From an uncultured cyanobacterium (GTDB lineage Bacteria > Cyanobacteriota > Cyanobacteriia > Cyanobacteriales > Nostocaceae), in contig CAVUDP010000002.1 of the NCBI GenBank assembly GCA_963740315.1, positions 1,792,001 through 1,856,000 on the forward strand: a stretch of 64,000 nucleotides of DNA, in the 5' to 3' direction. A program made the translations under genes and the position numbers. Shown in pieces: positions 9,180 through 19,464 of the stretch (its first letter is position 1; each line of letters begins with the position of its first letter). A model generated the notes under the pieces. The model was given only the letters and a program-made list of their open reading frames with translations, made no database searches and had not been told where the DNA came from.

Positions 9180-12100
9180 TTGGGGATGAATAAAGATAAA
9201 GAAACAAATGAATCGTTTGTTGAAGAGGTAAAAGTAGAAGACGATTTGCAAACGCAACCAGAAGAAAGTTTTTCTGCTGGTTTTTTACTTCAGGTACTTA
9301 ACGGTACTTCCGATCCTATTTTTGTCAAAGATCGTCAACATTGTTGGGTGCTGGCGAATGATGCGTACTGTAATTTTATCGGACGCAGTAGAGAAGAAAT
9401 TATTGGTAAATCCGATTTTGATTTATTCGATAATGAAGTTGCTGATGCATCTTGGGAAAAAGATGAGTTTATTTTTACTACGTTTAACCAAAATGAATCT
9501 GATGAATGTATTACAGATGCGACGGGTGAAAGACGTTTTGTTTCTATTAAAAAATGCGTATTTAAAGATGAACAAGATAATAAATTTATAATTGTTACTA
9601 TTCGAGAATTGACACAACAAATTAATCAGCAATTTCAAGTTGAAGCACGATTGCGTTCGTCCAAGCAGTTCTTAGAACAAATTTTAAATCATGTACCGCA
9701 AGCACTTTTTTGGAAAGATTGCAATTCGGTCTATCAAGGTTGTAATAGCTTTTTTGCCGAGATTGCGGGAGTAGGAGATCCAAAATTAATTAAAGGTAAA
9801 ACTGATTTTGATTTACCTTGGAAAGAAGAAGAAGCTAATTGGTTTCGCCTTAACGATAGTCGGGCTATTGAATCTAAAATACCTGAAAGTATTGTTAAAC
9901 CACAACTGCAAGCAGATGGCAGACAATGCTGGTTGGAAGTCAACACAATTCCGATTTGCGACGATCGAGGAAAGGTAACTAATATTTTAGGAACTTTGCA
10001 AGATATCACCGATCGCAAAGAAATAGAAGTTACTTTACAGCAGTTATACGAACAGTTAGAAGTTCGAGTACATCGGCGAACTTCCGAACTTACTCAGGTA
10101 ATCACTCATTTACAAGAAGAAATTAAACGGCGCGAAGCAATAGAAAATCAGTTTTTATTAAGCGAGGAAAAGCTACAGAAACTGTCGGCAAATGTTCCAG
10201 GTATGTTATATCAATTTAAACTTGGGTATGACAATCAATTTAGCTTTCCTTATATTAGTTCCGGCTGTTTTGAAATCTATGAAATTCCACCGGAACAAAT
10301 GACATCTGATGCTAGTTTGTTTGTTTCCTGCGTTCATCGGGATGAACGAGAGGATTTTGAAAAATCTATTGCTAATTCTGCTCAAAGTTTGCAACCTTGG
10401 CAATGGGAAGGAAGAATTATTTTAACTTCTGGAAAAGTCAAATGGATTCAAACTGCATCCCGCCCGGATAAACAGGCGGATGGTTCGATTATTTGGGATG
10501 GGGTAATAATGGATGTAACTCGTTTAAAACAAGCTGAAAGGGCGCTAAAAAGGGCTTATGCAGATTTGGAAAAACGGGTAGAAGAACGAACTCAGCAGTT
10601 AATGCAAAGCAATCAAGCGTTGCAAAAAGAAATCGGCGATCGCCAATCAGCACAATCCGAACTTTTAGCTTCTCGCCAAAGATTAGCGCTATTGATTGAA
10701 CAAACACCTTTAGCGGTGATTGAATGGGATACGAATTTTAAGGTACAAGAATGGAATAAAGCCGCAGAAACTATCTTTGGATATACAAAAGAGGAAGCGA
10801 TTGAGAATTACTTCGAGTTTATAGTTTCCCAAACTGCATTAGAACAAGTTCATCATTTAAAGACTGCATTATTATCGCAGAAAGGTGGAACCAGAATCGT
10901 GACTGAAAATATTACCAAGGATGGTAAAACGATTATTTGTGAATGGTATAACAATCCTTTGGTGGCTGTAAATAGTCAAGTGTTTGGTGTTGCATCTTTA
11001 GTACTTGATATTACCGAACGGGAACTCGCGAGCGCAACTTTACAAAAACAAGAGCAGTTTCTTCGCAGTATTTATCAAGGAATCGCACAACTCTTAATCA
11101 TTGTTAACGTTTTGGATAATGGGGAATTAATTTATACTGATTGGAATTTAGCAACTGAAAAAGCTACAGGTATAAAAGCCTTAAACGCAATCAATAAATT
11201 TCCGGAAGAAGTTTTTGGCGACGTTCAAGGTGCAAAAATACGTCAACAATATATCAGATGCCTGGAAGCAGGTATACCTATAAGTTATGAAGAAAATTTA
11301 GTATTTCAAGGTCAAGAAAACTGGTGGTTGACTACACTTAATCCTTTAAGGAATGCAGAAGGTAAAATTTACCGAATTGTCGGCACATCATTTAATATTA
11401 GCGATCGCAAACAGGCAGAGATGCAGTTGAAGCAGCAAACACAAGAATTAGAATCAGCTTTAAATGAACTACAAAATGCTCAAAGTCAATTAGTACAAAA
11501 TGAAAAAATGACCTCATTGGGTAATTTGGTTGCAGGGGTAGCCCACGAAATTAATAATCCTGTAAACTTTATCTACGGTAATATCGATTATGCAAATAAT
11601 TACACTCATAACCTCTTAAAACTGGTTAAATTTTATCAGCAAGATTATCCTCAGCCATCATCCAAAATACAGAAATTAGTTCAAGAAATAGATTTAGAAT
11701 TTCTCTACGATGATTTACCTAAATTACTCGAATCGATGAGAATAGGAGCGCAACGCATCCGAGAAATTGTTGCATCTTTACGTACTTTTTCCCGTATAGA
11801 TGAAGCTGAAATGAAAAAGGTTGATATTCATCAAGGGTTGGATAGTACTTTACTGATTTTAGAGAATCGGATTAAAGCTAAATCTGAGCATCCTAAAATT
11901 GAAATTATTAAACAGTATGGAAATTTACCGCCGATTGAGTGTTATCCCGGTCAACTTAATCAGGTTTTTATGAACATTTTAGCAAATGCGTTGGATGCGT
12001 TGGAATTAATAGAAAATCAAAGCGATCGCAATCCTCAAATTCATATTTCCACGGAATTAGTGGAGGTGGATAAGGTAAAAATTCGTATAGCCGATAACGG

Positions 12101-12296
12101 AATCGGAATAGCATCCGATATTAAAGGAAGATTATTTGACTCGTTCTTTACAACTAAACCTGTAAGTAAAGGTACGGGCATGGGACTTTCTATTAGTTAC
12201 CAAATTATTACTGAGGTACATAATGGTTCAATAGAATGTATTTCTCAATTTGGAGAAGGAAGCGAATTTATTATTTCAATTCCGCTTCATCAATAA
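9180..12296 (+). CDS. Multi-PAS/PAC sensor histidine kinase
   Basis: Five PAS/PAC-like repeats; H-box AGVAHEINNP, N-box QVFMNILANA, DNGIG and KGTGMGL. Confidence 0.95.
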   Translation: MGMNKDKETNESFVEEVKVEDDLQTQPEESFSAGFLLQVLNGTSDPIFVKDRQHCWVLANDAYCNFIGRSREEIIGKSDFDLFDNEVADASWEKDEFIFTTFNQNESDECITDATGERRFVSIKKCVFKDEQDNKFIIVTIRELTQQINQQFQVEARLRSSKQFLEQILNHVPQALFWKDCNSVYQGCNSFFAEIAGVGDPKLIKGKTDFDLPWKEEEANWFRLNDSRAIESKIPESIVKPQLQADGRQCWLEVNTIPICDDRGKVTNILGTLQDITDRKEIEVTLQQLYEQLEVRVHRRTSELTQVITHLQEEIKRREAIENQFLLSEEKLQKLSANVPGMLYQFKLGYDNQFSFPYISSGCFEIYEIPPEQMTSDASLFVSCVHRDEREDFEKSIANSAQSLQPWQWEGRIILTSGKVKWIQTASRPDKQADGSIIWDGVIMDVTRLKQAERALKRAYADLEKRVEERTQQLMQSNQALQKEIGDRQSAQSELLASRQRLALLIEQTPLAVIEWDTNFKVQEWNKAAETIFGYTKEEAIENYFEFIVSQTALEQVHHLKTALLSQKGGTRIVTENITKDGKTIICEWYNNPLVAVNSQVFGVASLVLDITERELASATLQKQEQFLRSIYQGIAQLLIIVNVLDNGELIYTDWNLATEKATGIKALNAINKFPEEVFGDVQGAKIRQQYIRCLEAGIPISYEENLVFQGQENWWLTTLNPLRNAEGKIYRIVGTSFNISDRKQAEMQLKQQTQELESALNELQNAQSQLVQNEKMTSLGNLVAGVAHEINNPVNFIYGNIDYANNYTHNLLKLVKFYQQDYPQPSSKIQKLVQEIDLEFLYDDLPKLLESMRIGAQRIREIVASLRTFSRIDEAEMKKVDIHQGLDSTLLILENRIKAKSEHPKIEIIKQYGNLPPIECYPGQLNQVFMNILANALDALELIENQSDRNPQIHISTELVEVDKVKIRIADNGIGIASDIKGRLFDSFFTTKPVSKGTGMGLSISYQIITEVHNGSIECISQFGEGSEFIISIPLHQ

Positions 12297-12719
12297 TAAG
12301 TAATATTTAGGGCTGTGTTATGGGCATCTTCCCCGTAGATAGAATCAGCTAGAAGCCTTTAGGCTATTGCACTCAAAGGCTTATCAACGCTTTGCGCCTC
12401 ACGGAGAAATCGGGAGTATGGCTAAATCGCTAAATCAAAAAATGTTTTTACGAATATTCGCGGTTTCTTTGGTTTTCCACTCGAATGATGCGAGATGTAA
12501 ATTCAAGCATATTATTTCGATTGACGGTTGAGGCGCTCGGCACGTATCCTGCTTAACAATCTACTCTTACATCTATATATGTAATTGTTTACTAATTTAA
12601 TATTTTAATTGATAACTGTTAATTGAGAAGGGATATTTGGCAAGTTGTCGTTAAATGAATTATGATTAGTATGGAATAAATTAGTAAATCTTTTTTTGCA
12701 GTAAAAATACTGAGAAATT

Positions 12720-13049
12720 ATGACAGAGCATATTAAAGTTATTCAACCAAATGGTGTTTTAGATGCAACTAAATCACAAAAATTTCGGGAAGATGTTATT
12801 AAATTACTGGAAAGTAAACCAAAAATTGTACTGCTCGATTTAAAAGATATCACTTTTATGGATAGTTCGGGTTTAGGTGCTTTAGTGCTAGCATTTAAAA
12901 CCTTAAGAGCAGCAGATACTAAGCTGGTAATTTGTTGTATGAACGAACAAGTCAAAATATTATTTGAACTGACTGGAATGGATAAAGTTTTTGAAGTCTT
13001 TTCTAATCAAGATGAATTTTATAAAGCTGTAACTTCCCAAATTGCTTAA
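12720..13049 (+). CDS. STAS-domain anti-sigma factor antagonist
   Basis: FMDSSGLGAL phosphoserine motif, 109 aa. Confidence 0.93.
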   Translation: MTEHIKVIQPNGVLDATKSQKFREDVIKLLESKPKIVLLDLKDITFMDSSGLGALVLAFKTLRAADTKLVICCMNEQVKILFELTGMDKVFEVFSNQDEFYKAVTSQIA

Positions 13050-14173
13050 TTAAAGCCGATTTGGAGTATAGATAAATCATCATCAAAGGCTTTTTTTTGA
13101 TTTAAATCAACAAGACAATTAAGAATATTTTCTAGGGGACTGCTGGAAACATGATACAAGCGTGTAACCTTTTGAATAAAATTCTCCAGTCCCAGAAGTT
13201 GACCATCAGTTAAATTTATTTCATAAGCACCATCACTAAAAATATATAAGGTGCTGTTTTTTTCAATTTTACAAAATCCATCAGTATAGTTAACCTCTGG
13301 AAACATCCCTATTGGCATTCCAGGGGTTTTTAATAACTGGATATCACTACTATTATGAGATAATAAGATGGCAGGTGGATGACCGGCACTCGAATAAACT
13401 AGTTCGCGGCTAATTTGATTGTAAACTCCATACCAAATAGTAAAGTATTTATCATTCTGATAATTCATTTGGAAAGTATTGTTTAAGGCGTTTAGCACTT
13501 TCCTCGGTTGATAATAATTTAAATCTTTGAGGGCACGGGAACGTAGTAAGTTTAATACCGAAATAGAAGGTAAAGTCGCTTTCAGCCCATGTCCGGCGGT
13601 ATCAAGCAGATAAATGGCTAAATAATCTTCGTCTAGCCAATAATAATCAAAACAGTCACCGCCAAGCTGCTGGGAAGGAATAAATGTATAGTTTATATTA
13701 AAAGGCTGCATCATCGGCATAGGTAAAAGAGAACGCACATAATCGGCAGCCTCTGATAATTCCGCTTCTAAAATCTGCTTTTGAGCTTTTAAATCTTGAC
13801 TCATTTGGTGCAAGCGTAAACCAGCCCTTACCCGCGCTTTCATTTCATTTTGTTCTATGGGTTTAGTGATAAAATCATCAGCACCAGCGTCTAATCCTTT
13901 CACGCGATCGGCAACAGAATCTAAGGATGTTAAAAGAATAAAAAACGTAGTAGAAAAATTAGGATCTTTCTTGATGTAACGACAAACATCAAGTCCACTT
14001 AATCCCGGCATTAACCAATCACAAATAATCAGCGCCGGACGAGCAACTACAGCTTGTGCAATTCCTTGTTCGCCGTTACTGACTGCAACCACTTCATAAC
14101 CCTGCTTTTCCAGCATTCTTTTCAATAAAATTTGAACTGATGGGTCATCATCGATTACTAATATTTGAAACAT
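13046..14173 (-). CDS. Response regulator with PP2C (SpoIIE/RsbU-type) phosphatase domain
   Basis: Receiver (IDDD, CDWLMP, KP) plus GGDCFD, DTAGHG, SAGHPP, FSDG and DDLS motifs. Confidence 0.93.
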   Translation of the reverse strand: MFQILVIDDDPSVQILLKRMLEKQGYEVVAVSNGEQGIAQAVVARPALIICDWLMPGLSGLDVCRYIKKDPNFSTTFFILLTSLDSVADRVKGLDAGADDFITKPIEQNEMKARVRAGLRLHQMSQDLKAQKQILEAELSEAADYVRSLLPMPMMQPFNINYTFIPSQQLGGDCFDYYWLDEDYLAIYLLDTAGHGLKATLPSISVLNLLRSRALKDLNYYQPRKVLNALNNTFQMNYQNDKYFTIWYGVYNQISRELVYSSAGHPPAILLSHNSSDIQLLKTPGMPIGMFPEVNYTDGFCKIEKNSTLYIFSDGAYEINLTDGQLLGLENFIQKVTRLYHVSSSPLENILNCLVDLNQKKAFDDDLSILQIGFN

Positions 14174-14314
14174 ATTTGTTAGCCGCTTAAAAATAAAAAA
14201 TAAATGCGCCCGCGCCCTCTAGGGACTAATTTGCTTATAATATGACCCCGATTTACTAGAAAATTACTTCACACAGTTAGTTATAAGGGCAAAATCTATA
14301 CATACCTTAGCCGA

Positions 14315-15082
14315 TTATGGTGGCGATAGGGGATTCAGCCATAACATCAAGCTCTGTTTTAGCCGATCTAAATCCCGGTATACTTCTTGCCTAAACCACT
14401 GTCCGAAAGCATCAAACGGATTAAATTCTTTTCCTGGTTGCCATTTAATATCTTGACCTAAAGGTGTAAGGTGGTTGCCGATTAGCGTCTGATTTGCTAC
14501 CATATCCCCAAATTTATTGTGTAACAATTGGGTTAAAGCAGTTGATTGGTCAAGATTATCATTGCTAAATTTTATTAATAAATTACGACGGACATTATAG
14601 TTTTCTTTTACCAGTTTGTAAGTTTGGGTGGGTGAAGGGGTAAATTCAACATTTATGGCAGTGTTAAATTGTTCCACCAAAGGAATTGCATCCCGTGCGG
14701 CATAATTATTAAATGATATGAGGATATTACCCGCACGTTGGACTTCATCCGAACAACCGATAAGTAAATGTAGCTTGCATCCCATACTGTGCCCCAATCC
14801 ATATATAGGAAGATAGCCTTTATATACAGGTTCCCTCTCTTCCAAGCGTACTAAAACCCGTTCAAAATTCAGCAAAACCTGTTGGGCGATCGCACTATGG
14901 TCTAAAGTATTAACAAATGGGGTAGCAATTACCGCAAACCCTTTCTCTGCCAAATATTCGAGTAACAAACGATAAGTTACGTTAGGTGCGGTAGCGACAA
15001 ATGCACCACCCAAAAAATGAATGATACCAATAGGACGCGCAGGAGCGATCGCCCAGCTACCAGCAATTTGTTTCCAGTCCAT
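14315..15082 (-). CDS. DUF1350 family alpha/beta hydrolase-fold protein
   Basis: IHFLGGAFV, GHSMG nucleophile elbow, GNHLTP. Confidence 0.85.
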   Translation of the reverse strand: MDWKQIAGSWAIAPARPIGIIHFLGGAFVATAPNVTYRLLLEYLAEKGFAVIATPFVNTLDHSAIAQQVLLNFERVLVRLEEREPVYKGYLPIYGLGHSMGCKLHLLIGCSDEVQRAGNILISFNNYAARDAIPLVEQFNTAINVEFTPSPTQTYKLVKENYNVRRNLLIKFSNDNLDQSTALTQLLHNKFGDMVANQTLIGNHLTPLGQDIKWQPGKEFNPFDAFGQWFRQEVYRDLDRLKQSLMLWLNPLSPP

Positions 15083-15251
15083 GCCTTCACGCCCTCGAAC
15101 AAGAGTATTTATACTTTCTTATGGTAAACAGGTTTTACCCATCTTGTAATCCTGGTTCAAGCTTTCCTAATTAAAATTATCAAATAGCCCAGCAAGAATC
15201 ACAGCATATTTACTCAAAGCTTCGTATTATTTAATTGATAACTGTTTGCTG

Positions 15252-15971
15252 TTATTTTTGACTCTGCAATCTTTTCATTTCCTGCTGTACGTCTAAGGCA
15301 ATCTCCAATGCTTCATTAAGCAACCTACTATGTTCGGAAGCTCGTTGGGTTACTTGCATTTGAGTTAAATTCGCCAAATTATTAGCCAGCAATTCAGAAT
15401 TATTAACAATAAATTTCTTATTCTCTCTCAAAATCTTTTCAGTTTTCAAAGCGCGAACTAAATCTGCTCTAGTATATTTGAGAGCTTCAATAACTTGTCT
15501 TCTTTCTCTAATACTGACTTCTGGATTACCTGCCTCTTCAATTCGATCGTTAATATCGATCGCCTTAACGACGGCATTAAATCTCTCAACTTCATGTAAA
15601 AGAGTATTTAAAGAATACGTTAGCTTTTCTTTAACAATTGAAACTCTTTTTTTCCAAGTTAGATACAATAATAACTGTGTAATACCACCGCCAATAAAAC
15701 AAAATTTAATGAATAGCAACCAAGATGGAAGTGCTATCCAGTTAGCAAACATCTTAATAAATAAATCGAATACAATATAACCGCTAAGTATTACAGCTAA
15801 TCCTATAAAAATCGCGGTTGCACCTTCTGGTCCTTTGACTTTTTCAAAAAATTGCCTGACTAATAATTTTAATGGGTTAACAATAATAGTTAGTTCGTCG
15901 TTTATAGGCAAATTTGTTAACTTTCGGAGTTCTCTTTGAACGATCGCTAAGCCTTTTAAATCATCACGCAC
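15252..15971 (-). CDS. Hypothetical membrane protein (2 TM + coiled coil)
   Basis: 239-aa ORF with two hydrophobic segments and a helical C-terminus. Confidence 0.75.
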   Translation of the reverse strand: MRDDLKGLAIVQRELRKLTNLPINDELTIIVNPLKLLVRQFFEKVKGPEGATAIFIGLAVILSGYIVFDLFIKMFANWIALPSWLLFIKFCFIGGGITQLLLYLTWKKRVSIVKEKLTYSLNTLLHEVERFNAVVKAIDINDRIEEAGNPEVSIRERRQVIEALKYTRADLVRALKTEKILRENKKFIVNNSELLANNLANLTQMQVTQRASEHSRLLNEALEIALDVQQEMKRLQSQK

Positions 15972-16796
15972 AGCTTCTAAATCCCCACCACCCGCATTTT
16001 TGACCTATTATATCTCTGCTTAAAATAACTGACAATATGCTTAATGTTTAAAACCATCATTAACATATTGATAAAACTTATTATTATCCCGATTCAAATA
16101 TATTGCAATAGTCATAGTATCGTAATACCTCTGAAGTATCATGCTACACGGTATACTTAACAACAGAAAATAGTTAAGTTTATTTGTGAAATAAAGTATA
16201 TGTTAATTCTTCTTTTTTAGACAATAGTTAATTATTTTAGCTTTACCTATTTATAAAAAATAGATCGGTGTCTTACAAAAATATGGATTTAAACTAAAAA
16301 ATAGTTACTTTAATAATGCTACTGTCAGAACAGTAACATTCATATTACTATATTTAGCGCTCTATATAGTTGCATTTTTATTCTTCGCGGCATTTGTAGC
16401 TTCGCCAGGACAATTCCCCTTGAGGTAAAAATTATACAGTTGTTTGAGATGAATATAGGGAACCAAGAATTGGCTTGGGGGAAATATACGTTCGTTTTTT
16501 AAGCGGATGCGGAAGCGTTTATGTAGTATGCCCGTAGGGTTTACAAAATTCTGTGGAAAAATCCTATAAATACTTAAAATATCTATAAAAACGGAAATTA
16601 AATTTAGATTAAAATCTATATAGCAGGGAACTATTTGTCTATTTTAGTATTAAAGAAACATCGCCTTATTGGCAATTAGTATAATTCTTAACAATTGATA
16701 AAGAACATTAATAAAACATAAGAATAAAAGTATACTTAGCTTTTAAATTTAATATTATTTTTGGTGTAGATCGAATATCTAATTAATAGCTGATTA

Positions 16797-17501
16797 ATGG
16801 CTGAGAAAACTTCCTATCCGATATACCAAAAGGATTATGTTGCTGCCGAACATTATCTTGAAAAAGACAAAAAGCGAACCAGATGCGTAATATGCGACTA
16901 TCAGATAGATGAACGGGATGATTCTATTTTTAGTGAATTTAACTGTAATATTAGAGCTTTTCAAAAAGAAGCTTTTAAAGTTTGGCGATGTCCTAAATGC
17001 AAAACTATTCATACTGTTCTCGACTCTGCGCCATTCGACTACATATTACTTCAAGATGTTATCGAACACGTTGAAGATCCCAGAAAATTATTGTCTAAAT
17101 TGGACGGTTTACTTGCACCTGGTGGTTATATTCCGATCGGAACACCTAACGCCGCAAATTTAGATTTAACGAAACCTAGTGTATCTGATTTCTATAACTC
17201 CGTTCACGTACCGTACCATTTTCATATCTATACGGACGAAGTTTTAAAGTATCTAGGAAATTGTCAAAATTGGCAAGCTATCGAATTTCGATCTCGCGCT
17301 TATCACGATACACCTTGGTTAGGGGTAAATACTCGTGCTTGGAACCAGTATCAACAAATATCTGATGGTTCTTTAGATGCTATTCACGAGCCTATTGATT
17401 TAAGGAAAGCTGTTACTTCTTATAAAGTAATGTTCTATGCATTTTTTGGATATTGGTTGAGCTATCACACAGAAATGTCGATGATGTTTCGTAAAATTTG
17501 A
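16797..17501 (+). CDS. Class I SAM-dependent methyltransferase, apparently internally deleted (lacks motif I)
   Basis: N-terminal CxxC...CxxC runs directly into FDYILLQDVIEHVEDP...LAPGG; no DxGCG motif. Confidence 0.65.
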   Translation: MAEKTSYPIYQKDYVAAEHYLEKDKKRTRCVICDYQIDERDDSIFSEFNCNIRAFQKEAFKVWRCPKCKTIHTVLDSAPFDYILLQDVIEHVEDPRKLLSKLDGLLAPGGYIPIGTPNAANLDLTKPSVSDFYNSVHVPYHFHIYTDEVLKYLGNCQNWQAIEFRSRAYHDTPWLGVNTRAWNQYQQISDGSLDAIHEPIDLRKAVTSYKVMFYAFFGYWLSYHTEMSMMFRKI

Positions 17502-18116
17502 GTTATCGATCCCGATATGGTGTTGGTTTCGTCTGGCGATTGTCTGCGTCATGAAAGATCCATCAAAATCGCTCTCGCTGTAAGCTTTTTCTTTTAATAC
17601 TATGCAATGGTGCCCTTTTCAAACCAAATGCATACCTGACTGAGGCTTTCCTCTATTCTATAAAAGGCAATATAGAGAAAGCGAGTCATAGGGATGCGAT
17701 TATTGGATATTTGATAATGAATCCATTATTACAAAGAACAACTGTAATATAAGCGATTCTAAGCAATAAGATTTTTAAGTTTGGTAGTTAGAATACTACC
17801 AAACTATTTGTATTTAATTATATTGTTTAGATGAACAACTATATTAAAAATATAAGCCCGTATTTTGATGTAAAAATAGTTATATATAATTAGTTCCGAA
17901 TGTAACAATAATTTAGAAATAAATCACTTAAAATTGTGCGAATAACCCCGACTATTGTCGTGGGTGGATTTAGAGTTTAATTCTTTAAATACTTTATTCT
18001 ATATCTAGGTTTATTTGTATAATTTTCTACTTAGCTCTTGTCTTTGTATCAGCCTCAAAGTACTAATTTGCTTAGTAATAACCTCAAGTTTCTTCCATTT
18101 TAATTAACTATTACTT

Positions 18117-18920
18117 GTGATGTTTAAACCTCAAACTCAGCTTCAAAAAACTGCTTTAATTACGGGAGCCTGTAGCGGAATCGGCTACGAATTCACCTGT
18201 ATTTTCGCTAGCTATAACTATAATCTTGTATTAGTAGATATAAACGAACCGAAACTAATTGAGATTTCGGAAAGATTTACTCAGGAATATGGTATTTCTG
18301 TCACCACGATTACCAAAGATTTATCTCTTCCAACATCTCCAGAAGCAATTTATCAAGAATTACAGCAAGCATCGATTCATGTTGATGTATTGATAAATAA
18401 TGCGGGATTCGGTATCTGTGGATTATTTAATGAAACGAATTTGAAATCCGAACTAGAAATGATACAGGTAAACGCGGTATGCCAGACGCAGTTAACAAAA
18501 TTATTTCTCAAACACATGGTAGAGAAAGGTGAGGGCAAAATATTAAATGTCAGTTCGACTGCTGCTTTTCAACCAGGACCGTTGATGGCAGTGTATTTTG
18601 CTACCAAGGCTTATACTTTGTCGTTTTCGGAGGCGATCGCTAACGAAGTTGAAGGTACTGGAGTCAGCGTAACTGTACTTTGTCCTGGTCCCACACAATC
18701 CGCTTTCCATGAAAGAACCGGGACGCACAATTCACAGCGAATGAAAGATATGAAGATGATGGATGCAAAAACCGTAGCTCTTATTGGTTTTCGCGGCTTA
18801 ATGAACGGTAAAACCGTTGTGATTCCTGGTGCAAAAAATAGAATTTTAGCCGAAGCCGTGAGATTTTTACCGAGAGATCAAGTAACAAAAATGTCTAAGC
18901 TTGTACAGGGGAATAAATAG
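18117..18920 (+). CDS. SDR oxidoreductase
   Basis: TGACSGIG, NNAGFG, YFATK, LCPGPT. Confidence 0.92.
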   Translation: MMFKPQTQLQKTALITGACSGIGYEFTCIFASYNYNLVLVDINEPKLIEISERFTQEYGISVTTITKDLSLPTSPEAIYQELQQASIHVDVLINNAGFGICGLFNETNLKSELEMIQVNAVCQTQLTKLFLKHMVEKGEGKILNVSSTAAFQPGPLMAVYFATKAYTLSFSEAIANEVEGTGVSVTVLCPGPTQSAFHERTGTHNSQRMKDMKMMDAKTVALIGFRGLMNGKTVVIPGAKNRILAEAVRFLPRDQVTKMSKLVQGNK

Positions 18921-19063
18921 GAGCAGGGAGCAGGGAGTAGGGAGTAGGGAGTAGAAGAATGTACCTGCCTTTACTTGCCTTCCTGCTGTAAATCGAGAAT
19001 TCTTACCAAGATTACCTATAAAATTTCTCTCCCTCTTCCCCCTATCTCCCCATCTCCCCCGCT

Positions 19064-19207
19064 CGCCGCACGCTCCGCGTGTTCAGCGCGGCACGACTCG
19101 TTAGAGTAACGGGTTGCGCCACTTCTCTCAACGCGGGGAACCCCTTCGGGTTCGGCAGTTCGCTCAACGGGGGGAACCCCCGCACGCGACTGCTCTCACC
19201 GCGCACG
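19064..19207. repeat. Cluster of nested GC-rich small dispersed repeats
   Basis: CTCAACGCGGGGAACCCC and CTCAACGGGGGGAACCCCCGCACG units; GCCGCACGCTCCGCGTG recurs inverted near 63400-63416. Confidence 0.65.
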
Positions 19208-19464
19208 TTTTGGGCTTACCATCTCCCCCGAACCTTGTCCCCTCTCCCCCCTCACTCAACGCCGGTAATCTTCTAACAGTCTTGCAGTAGTTACCGACAA
19301 GCTTTTTAATATCCTCCCCGGATTTGCATCAAGCGCCTCGATCGGAAGGTGTAGAAAAATTAAGGAATGTTGCATTTCAATTAAATACTGGGGGGGAAGT
19401 TGAAAATCGGTCAAAACTCCGTGGTACCATGCTTCGAGGTAATGTCAAGTATGGGAGAAAACCT

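Noticed and set aside
12300..12560. GC-richer intergenic patch as IS remnant or ncRNA
   Set aside because: No terminal repeats, transposase fragment or recognisable RNA motif found by eye
19079..19276. 65-aa ORF upstream of chlP
   Set aside because: Translation of GC-rich dispersed repeats; no protein-like features
19324..19464. N-terminal extension of ChlP in the ORF track
   Set aside because: The Rossmann motif begins right after TTG 19465, which has its own RBS
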